DNA of 50,408 nt from an uncultured Gammaproteobacteria bacterium (GTDB lineage: Bacteria > Patescibacteriota > Patescibacteriia > UBA9934 > GWF2-40-263): positions 17,078 to 67,485 of the forward strand of contig CAZCMI010000002.1 in NCBI GenBank assembly GCA_964499955.1, read 5' to 3'. Positions 44,437 to 50,408 of the stretch are shown here, one piece after another. Below the pieces are notes generated by a model that ran no database searches, was not told where the DNA came from, and worked only from the letters and a program-made list of their open reading frames with translations. Position 1 is the first letter of the stretch. Each line of letters starts with the position of its first letter. The position numbers were made by a program, and so were the translations under genes.

Positions 44437-47400
44437 ATGCGTTTTCGGTTCGTTCGCGCGTTTTTTGCTTTCTTAATCACGGCCTTCGCCTTGGGGGGCG
44501 GGGCTGTTTCGGCGTTTGCGGCAACCGTCACGTCCGCCAACATCTTTCTCAGTACACAGCAAGCAGGACAGGCGGCGAATTATACCTTCGTCTTCACGAC
44601 GCCTTCGGGCGCGGACGAAGGGGACACAATCCAGTTGATCTTCAACGATTCGTTCGGCAGCGCTCCCGGTCCCATCACGGGAGATGACGTAGACGTTTCC
44701 GTTGGAGGAAGTCCGCTTATAACTGCGACATCTACCTGTGGGGGGTTGGAGCAGGTGGGCATATTTATCACGCCGAATGTTCTCACGGTGGAGATTTGTG
44801 TTGGTAACGGCGGCGCCATTGCGCCGGGCAGCGAGGTGGCCATCCGCATTGGCACGCATGCCGTAGATTTCGGCACCGGTTTGAACCAACTCATCAATCC
44901 GTCCACCCCTGGCAACTATTACGTCGCCCTGGACGGCACGTTCGGCGACAGTGGGACGTATATTCTCACCATCGGCGGGGATGACGGTGTGTCCGTGTCC
45001 GCCACGGTGACAGGCAATGAACCACCCCCCGTCGGTTGTCCGCCGAATTGCGGTGGTGGAGGCCCGCCCCCGGAACCGCCGCCCCCGGATACGACCCCTC
45101 CCATCATTTCCAACGTCGTCGTTTCGAACGTCACCGCCACGTCCGCCCAGCTTTCCTTTACGACCAGCCAACCCGCCCGTTCCGACATCCAGTACGGCAC
45201 GAGCACCGCGTACGGCCAAACCTACGCGGAAACCGGTTTTACCGAATCCCACAGCGTTCCGTTGGTCGGATTGCTGGAAGGGACGACCTACCACGTCCAC
45301 ATCACCGCCACCAACTTCAACGGCTACAGCGGGGTGAGCGGCGACTTCACGTTCACCACGTTGGACGAAACCCCGCCGGTCCTTTCGGAGATCGTCGTAA
45401 CGGACATTACGGAAACGTCCGCCCGCGTGACGTGGACGACGAACGAACCCGCCACGTCGGCGGTGGATTTCGACACAAGCGACGCCTACGGCCAAACCGT
45501 TTCCTCCGGCGCGCTGGTGACCGCGCACGACGTGCTGCTCACCGGGCTCACGCATTCCACGCTCTACCACTTCCGCGTCCGTTCCAGCGACGCCGCGTCC
45601 AACGAAACCGTTTCGGCGGACGGAACGTTCAACACGACGGCGAACCTGCCGCCGGGCAACGTGGCCAACCTTGCGGCCGTGGCGGGGAACCAGCGTGTGT
45701 CGTTGGCGTGGACAAACCCGCCGGACGCCGATTTGGAAGCCGTGCGCGTGGTGGCCTGCACGGGCGGTCCGCCGTCCGGTCCGTTGGATACCGAAGGATG
45801 CGCGGTGGTCTTCGACGCCTTGGGCGAAGCGTTCGAGCATGAAGGCCTGACCAACGGCACCGCCTATCATTACGGCGTGTTCGCGCGCGACGCAGCCGAC
45901 CAGTATGCGTCCGGCGCTTTGGCCCAGGCCACTCCCATGGGCCCCGACTTGCCGCCGGGTTCGGTGACCGGCCTGTCTATTGCCCCGGGAAACCAGCAGC
46001 TCACGTTGTCATGGACGAATCCGTTGGACGAAGACCTGGCTGCCATTCGCGTCGTCGTCTGTACGGCCGGGTTCCCGCCCGATCCGGTGAACGCGCCCGG
46101 GTGTTCCGTCGCCTTCACGGGATTGGACACGTCCTTCGCGCATAGCGGGTTGGTGAACGACCAAACGTACTATTACGGCGTGTACGCCATGGATGTGGCC
46201 GGCCAATTCTCCGGTGGTGCCTTCGGGTCCGGCACGCCCAGGGAATTCATCGTGGACGAACCGCCCCCGCCGGTTTCGGCGTTTACGGCCGCTTCGGGGG
46301 ACGGCGAAGTACGCCTTTCTTGGATCAATCCCACGGACGAAGACCTGGAAGCCGTGCGCCTCATTTCCTGCACGGGCCGGTTTCCCGGTTCTCCCGCGGA
46401 CGTGGGCGGGCCGTGCGTCCTGCTGTTCGACGGATTCGGCACCGCGTACATCCACGCGGGACTCACGAACGGCCAAACGTATTATTACGGCATCTACGCC
46501 CGCGACGCCGCCAGCCAGTATTCCACGGGCGCGTTCCGTTCCGCCGTGCCGTCGGCCTTGGCGCCCGTCTGCGGCGACAACATGTGCAACGGGGACGAAA
46601 CGGCGTTTTCCTGCCCGTTGGACTGTGGCGCGCCGCCCATCATGTGCGGCAACAATATCTGCGAATTGGGTGAGACGGCGCAATCCTGCCCCGCGGACTG
46701 CGGCTTCATCCCCACCTGCGGCAATGCCATGTGCGAAGAAGGGGAAACGGCCCTGACCTGTCCGTCGGACTGCGCGGCGGAACTACCCCCACCCACTACC
46801 GTGGAGCCGGACCACCGGGTGGATTTGTCCGACACCCGCATGTCCGTGGCCGAGAGGACCGTCCTGCAACCACCGTTCGACGGCGGATTCGACCTGCTCA
46901 CCGGCACGCCCGGCGTGTTCGAAATTCCAGCTTCCGTGTTGGCTGGGCCGTTGGAGCGCGCCCAGCTCGTTATCGGCCAGCAGACCTATGTCCTGGCGCC
47001 ACGCACGGCGGCGGACGGCACCGTCACGTACCAGGCGTCCATTCCGTTCCCGGCCGTTCCCGGGCTGATCGCGTCTTCCCTGCGCCTCTTCTATGAGGAC
47101 GGCACCACCCAGACCGTGCCGTTCGTTTCGCGCGTGCGCGGATTCGGCCAGGTGCATGAGATTTGGGAAGGCGAACGCCTGCCGGTCGCCGGCGCCACCG
47201 TCACCTTGTTGGTGGGCACTTCGGGGAACACGGCGTGGGACGCCGCGCGTTTCGGCCAGGAAAACCCGCGCCTGACCGGTTCGTCGGGGACGTTCGCGTG
47301 GTATGTGCCGAGCGGGACGTACCGCATCCGCGCGGAAAAAGAAGGGTATCGGACGGAAACTGTGCGTGTGGACGCGGCGAACCACATCGCCGCCGCGGAC

Positions 47401-48435
47401 ATCCGCCTGCGCCGCGAGCAGCCCTTTATCCCCACCGTCATCGAGGCCATCCAGGACATCGGCACCGCCGTTGAGGAAATCCGCCAGAGTCCGGCCGCGC
47501 AGGAAAGCGCGGTGATTGCCGCGCCCGTGGTGGCGACCGTCGCCGTGGCCAGCACGGCTTCCCTGGTTGCCGGCTTCGGCCTCGTCCAGTACCTGCAGTT
47601 CATCACCACGGCCCCGGTGTTGTTCTTCGCGCGCCGCCGCCGCAAGGGCTTCGGCGTTGTCTACAACGCCTACACCAAGATGCCGGTGGACCTGGCCATC
47701 GTGCGCCTCTACCGCATGGACGAAACCAAACCGGACGCGCCCGGCCGGCTGGTGGCCAGCCGCGTGACGGACAAGGGCGGCCGCTATTTCTTCCTCGCCC
47801 AGCCGGGGCTGTACCGCCTGACGGCCACCAAGCCCGGCTTCTCCTTCCCGTCCGCTTACCTGGCGGGTAAGAAGGACGACGGTCTGTTCCTGGACGTCTA
47901 CCACGCCGAGCCCATCCGTGTGACGGAGGCCTCGGCCACCATCGCCGCCAACTTGCCGATGGATCCGGTTGCCGGCGGGGCGGAACCGCGCCAAATCATT
48001 TGGAAACGCCGCTTCCGCCGCGCGCAAAGCGCCGCCGCCTTCCTCGGCAACATCGTGGCGGTGGGCGTGTTGATCGTGCGGCCCAGCATGTTCACGGCCG
48101 CCCTGGCCGTGGGCCAGCTGATCGTGTACGCCCTGGTCCGCCGCCTCGCCGCCCCGAAAAAACCCAAGAGCTGGGGCATCGTCTACGATTCGGCGACGGG
48201 TCGCCCGCTATCCCAGGTGATCGCCCGCGTGCTCGAACCCACCTACAACAAAGTGTTGGAAACCACCGTGACGGACACTCGCGGCCGCTTCACCTTCCTG
48301 CTCGGCCCCAACGAGTATTACGCCGTCTTCCAAAAGCCCGGCTTCGAACAGGCGGAACTGCGCCCCATCGACTTCACGAAGAACGCGGAACCGAAGGAAG
48401 TGTCTGCCAAGATCCAAGTGAAGCGCGCGCCGTGA
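44437..48435 (+). CDS. Giant multi-domain surface protein (1332 aa)
   Basis: Trimmed to MRFRFVRAFFAFLITAF (AAAGGAGG SD). It has a signal peptide, 2 FN3-like domains, 3 repeats of about 104 aa, 3 Cys-rich mini-repeats, CarboxypepD_reg-like domains (GTYRIRAEKEGY, GLYRLTATKPGF, NEYYAVFQKPGF) and interleaved TM helices. Confidence 0.8.
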   Translation: MRFRFVRAFFAFLITAFALGGGAVSAFAATVTSANIFLSTQQAGQAANYTFVFTTPSGADEGDTIQLIFNDSFGSAPGPITGDDVDVSVGGSPLITATSTCGGLEQVGIFITPNVLTVEICVGNGGAIAPGSEVAIRIGTHAVDFGTGLNQLINPSTPGNYYVALDGTFGDSGTYILTIGGDDGVSVSATVTGNEPPPVGCPPNCGGGGPPPEPPPPDTTPPIISNVVVSNVTATSAQLSFTTSQPARSDIQYGTSTAYGQTYAETGFTESHSVPLVGLLEGTTYHVHITATNFNGYSGVSGDFTFTTLDETPPVLSEIVVTDITETSARVTWTTNEPATSAVDFDTSDAYGQTVSSGALVTAHDVLLTGLTHSTLYHFRVRSSDAASNETVSADGTFNTTANLPPGNVANLAAVAGNQRVSLAWTNPPDADLEAVRVVACTGGPPSGPLDTEGCAVVFDALGEAFEHEGLTNGTAYHYGVFARDAADQYASGALAQATPMGPDLPPGSVTGLSIAPGNQQLTLSWTNPLDEDLAAIRVVVCTAGFPPDPVNAPGCSVAFTGLDTSFAHSGLVNDQTYYYGVYAMDVAGQFSGGAFGSGTPREFIVDEPPPPVSAFTAASGDGEVRLSWINPTDEDLEAVRLISCTGRFPGSPADVGGPCVLLFDGFGTAYIHAGLTNGQTYYYGIYARDAASQYSTGAFRSAVPSALAPVCGDNMCNGDETAFSCPLDCGAPPIMCGNNICELGETAQSCPADCGFIPTCGNAMCEEGETALTCPSDCAAELPPPTTVEPDHRVDLSDTRMSVAERTVLQPPFDGGFDLLTGTPGVFEIPASVLAGPLERAQLVIGQQTYVLAPRTAADGTVTYQASIPFPAVPGLIASSLRLFYEDGTTQTVPFVSRVRGFGQVHEIWEGERLPVAGATVTLLVGTSGNTAWDAARFGQENPRLTGSSGTFAWYVPSGTYRIRAEKEGYRTETVRVDAANHIAAADIRLRREQPFIPTVIEAIQDIGTAVEEIRQSPAAQESAVIAAPVVATVAVASTASLVAGFGLVQYLQFITTAPVLFFARRRRKGFGVVYNAYTKMPVDLAIVRLYRMDETKPDAPGRLVASRVTDKGGRYFFLAQPGLYRLTATKPGFSFPSAYLAGKKDDGLFLDVYHAEPIRVTEASATIAANLPMDPVAGGAEPRQIIWKRRFRRAQSAAAFLGNIVAVGVLIVRPSMFTAALAVGQLIVYALVRRLAAPKKPKSWGIVYDSATGRPLSQVIARVLEPTYNKVLETTVTDTRGRFTFLLGPNEYYAVFQKPGFEQAELRPIDFTKNAEPKEVSAKIQVKRAP
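45643..46563 (+). repeat. Three tandem ~102-104-aa coding repeats inside the giant protein
   Basis: Units start at 45643, 45949 and 46261. Each reads LPPG-V--L-A--G---V-L-W-NP-D-DL-AVR...C.....P....GC...F......H-GLTNG-TY-YG-YA-D. Confidence 0.8.
46570..46773 (+). repeat. Three tandem Cys-rich mini-repeats (CG-N-C--GET---CP-DC)
   Basis: CGDNMCNGDETAFSCPLDCG / CGNNICELGETAQSCPADCG / CGNAMCEEGETALTCPSDC. Confidence 0.8.
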
Positions 48436-48468
48436 TACAATGGGGCGGTAATGACTTTGAGATGACGT

Positions 48469-50408
48469 ATGTCGTTTTGGTCGTGGGGTAAAAATCGGCC
48501 GCTCTACGCCGCATGTTTTTTCGCGGCGTTGGCGTTATTCGTACTCCCATTTATTTCTCCATCCGCCGCCACGCCCGCTTCCGTCCTCACGTACCAAGGC
48601 CGGTTGTTGGATGCCAACGGCGTGCCCGTGGCAGACGGGACCGCGGACATGGAATTCTCCCTGCATACCGAGCCAACCGACGGCGTGTGTTTGTGGGCCA
48701 ACGCGGACGATACCTGCGCCGCCAACACACCCCGTTCCGTCCCCTTGTCCCAAGGGTTATTTTCCCAAGACCTCGGCCGCGTTTCCGACGGGTTCGCCGC
48801 CATCGGCACCAGCGTGTTTGCCGACAATGCCGCGGTATATCTCCAGGTCGTCGTGAACGGGGAACCGCTGCTGCCGCGCCGCCTGCTGACGGCCGCGCCG
48901 TACGCCTTGAACGCCGCCACGCTGCAGGGCCTGGCCGCCACGGACTTCCTGTCGGTGTCGGGAGGCATCGCGACCGGTTCGTATACGTTCGCGCTGGGGG
49001 AAGCGGAGGTTTTCCAGATCGACGCCGCGTCGGTGCCGCACAGCGCGTCCATTCCCGCCTTCGCGCTGCATTACCAGCCGCTCTTTGAGTCGGGATTGTT
49101 GTCCGCCTCCGTTCTGACATTGACGTCTCCCGCCACCGGCATATCGGACGAGTCGGTTCTCGCGGGCCATTTAACCACCTTGAACGGTGACGACGATGAC
49201 ACGGACGACGGGATATTGGTCGGACACCTCGTACAGATGGGAAATGCGCTTGGAAGCGCGGAACGCCTTGGTTTCGTTGTTGATTTTTCAGGCGTTACCG
49301 GCGGAACGACGTTGGACGACCAGTATGGCGTCGGGTTCTTAGCCGACATGACCGTGATTGGCGGTGGAGAGGCTTCCGCCTTCCACGCCGAATTATCCGG
49401 CCAGGACACCGACGCTTCCCTTGTCGGCCTCGAGGTGAACATTGCCGACATGGTTGCGGGCGCGGATGTGCGCGGTGTGTACGCGCAGCAGGCATCCGGG
49501 GTGCCGGGTGGAACCGGGGTAGACGTGTCTGGCACATGGGATGCCGGTCTTCTCTTTAACGGCGCTATCGGCACCGACATTACGACCGCACCCGACCGCA
49601 ACCTGACCATCATGCCCGGTGGGACGGGGCAGGTGGTTGTCGGTTCCGGCATCCTGCCGTCCGCGGACAACGCCTATGATTTGGGCAGTTCTTCGTTCCG
49701 CTGGCAGGACCTGTACCTCGGCCCGGCCTCGCTGCATATCGCCTCCTTGACCACGGACGGCGCGGGCTATCTTGATACGTCTTGGCGCCTGGGCATTGCC
49801 GACGACGGGTTCGGCAGCTTCCAGGTACAAAACGGGGAAACCGCCGCCTTGTCCGTCGACCTGGCCGGCCAAGTTGCCTTTGGCGGGGACGTGGCCGTGG
49901 CGGGCACGCTGCGCCCGGCCGCCGCTATGGACGCGCCGGACGTTCTGATGGATACGTTTATTGATGGCTTCGGCGGTATGCATGGTGTCGAAACGTTTTC
50001 CGTCGCCAAGGATCCGACGGATGACTTTCCCGCTATTGCCTATGTCCATTACGACGGGGATGTTGGTGCATACACATTGCGTTACGTTAAATGTTTGGAC
50101 GCCGCCTGCGCAGCCTTTACGGGGCCAGTCATCGTTGATGGGGCGGATGAACAGGTGAATTTCAACTTTGTTTCAATGACTTTTGCAGGAACAACTCCTG
50201 TGATTGCGTATTTCACGGATTCAAATGACTTAAAGGTTGCCGCCTGGGTGGGTGGATCATCCGGTACATGCGCTGCCACCGGTGGTTCCGACGCGTGGGA
50301 TTGCCACGTTGTTGATAACGGAATAAGCCCATCTCTTGTGGCGATCGCCGCGGATCCGTCCATAAACGGCGGTCAACCCATTCTTGCGGTTGGAACCAGC
50401 GTGGGGTT
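48469..50408 (+). CDS. Large secreted protein, 3'-truncated by window edge (at least 646 aa)
   Basis: Not in the track because it has no stop. It starts at the ATG at 48469: MSFWSWGKNRPLYAACFFAALALFVLPFISPSAA (signal peptide). It contains NAYDLGSSSFRWQDLYLG, and later repeated P-(V/A)-IAY beta-strand-like units. Confidence 0.7.
   Translation, partial: MSFWSWGKNRPLYAACFFAALALFVLPFISPSAATPASVLTYQGRLLDANGVPVADGTADMEFSLHTEPTDGVCLWANADDTCAANTPRSVPLSQGLFSQDLGRVSDGFAAIGTSVFADNAAVYLQVVVNGEPLLPRRLLTAAPYALNAATLQGLAATDFLSVSGGIATGSYTFALGEAEVFQIDAASVPHSASIPAFALHYQPLFESGLLSASVLTLTSPATGISDESVLAGHLTTLNGDDDDTDDGILVGHLVQMGNALGSAERLGFVVDFSGVTGGTTLDDQYGVGFLADMTVIGGGEASAFHAELSGQDTDASLVGLEVNIADMVAGADVRGVYAQQASGVPGGTGVDVSGTWDAGLLFNGAIGTDITTAPDRNLTIMPGGTGQVVVGSGILPSADNAYDLGSSSFRWQDLYLGPASLHIASLTTDGAGYLDTSWRLGIADDGFGSFQVQNGETAALSVDLAGQVAFGGDVAVAGTLRPAAAMDAPDVLMDTFIDGFGGMHGVETFSVAKDPTDDFPAIAYVHYDGDVGAYTLRYVKCLDAACAAFTGPVIVDGADEQVNFNFVSMTFAGTTPVIAYFTDSNDLKVAAWVGGSSGTCAATGGSDAWDCHVVDNGISPSLVAIAADPSINGGQPILAVGTSVG

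Overview
High-GC bacterial chromosome segment. Typical coding lines have about 39/60 G+C by my own count, for example 5401-5460. It covers the replication-origin neighbourhood (rpmH-rnpA-yidD, dnaA, dnaN with DnaA-box clusters) plus mostly housekeeping genes:
- Fe-S cluster and metal genes: ferredoxin, ferredoxin-reductase-like flavoprotein, NifU and NifS, a YHS protein and a VIT transporter.
- Envelope genes: class A PBP, LysM/M23 peptidase, lspA, a DsbA-like oxidoreductase.
- Replication, repair and translation genes: tig, rnhB, comM/yifB, dksA-like, pnp, rpsO, a Xer recombinase, tsaC, polA, holA, rpsT, rmuC.
- Five tRNA genes, all with encoded CCA: Cys-GCA, Arg-TCT, His-GTG, Arg-CCT, Ala-CGC.

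I saw no rRNA, CRISPR array, transposase or obvious prophage. The high GC produces many long antisense ORFs in the track (R/G/H/P-rich). I treat these as artefacts, and I trimmed several track ORFs to internal starts. Three real genes are missing from the track: rpmH (51 aa), and two frames that run off the window ends (1..705 minus, 48469..50408 plus). Promoters that I can read repeatedly fit TTGACx-17-TAnnnT, and most operons end in clear intrinsic terminators.

Regions worth a second look:
1. 33.3-36.2 kb: two unrecognisable genes with much stronger GC3 codon bias than their neighbours. Each is a self-contained promoter-leader-SD-CDS-terminator cassette, inserted between a lipoprotein gene and polA.
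2. 42.5-50.4 kb: a four-gene secreted or surface-structure locus, including a 1332-aa multi-repeat protein. It lies behind a 570-bp AT-rich region that follows two tRNA genes.
3. 23.2-23.8 kb: an AT-richer non-coding stretch with a promoter, a run of perfect tetraloop hairpins and a terminator (candidate ~375-nt RNA of unknown class). Two perfect TTATCCACA DnaA boxes sit just upstream.
4. 4493-5344: a low-GC HExxH gene translationally coupled inside the nifS-nifU operon.

The gene content and the giant surface proteins are compatible with a small-genome Patescibacteria/CPR-like organism, but that is inference only. All functional calls come from motif recognition by eye; no database search was possible.
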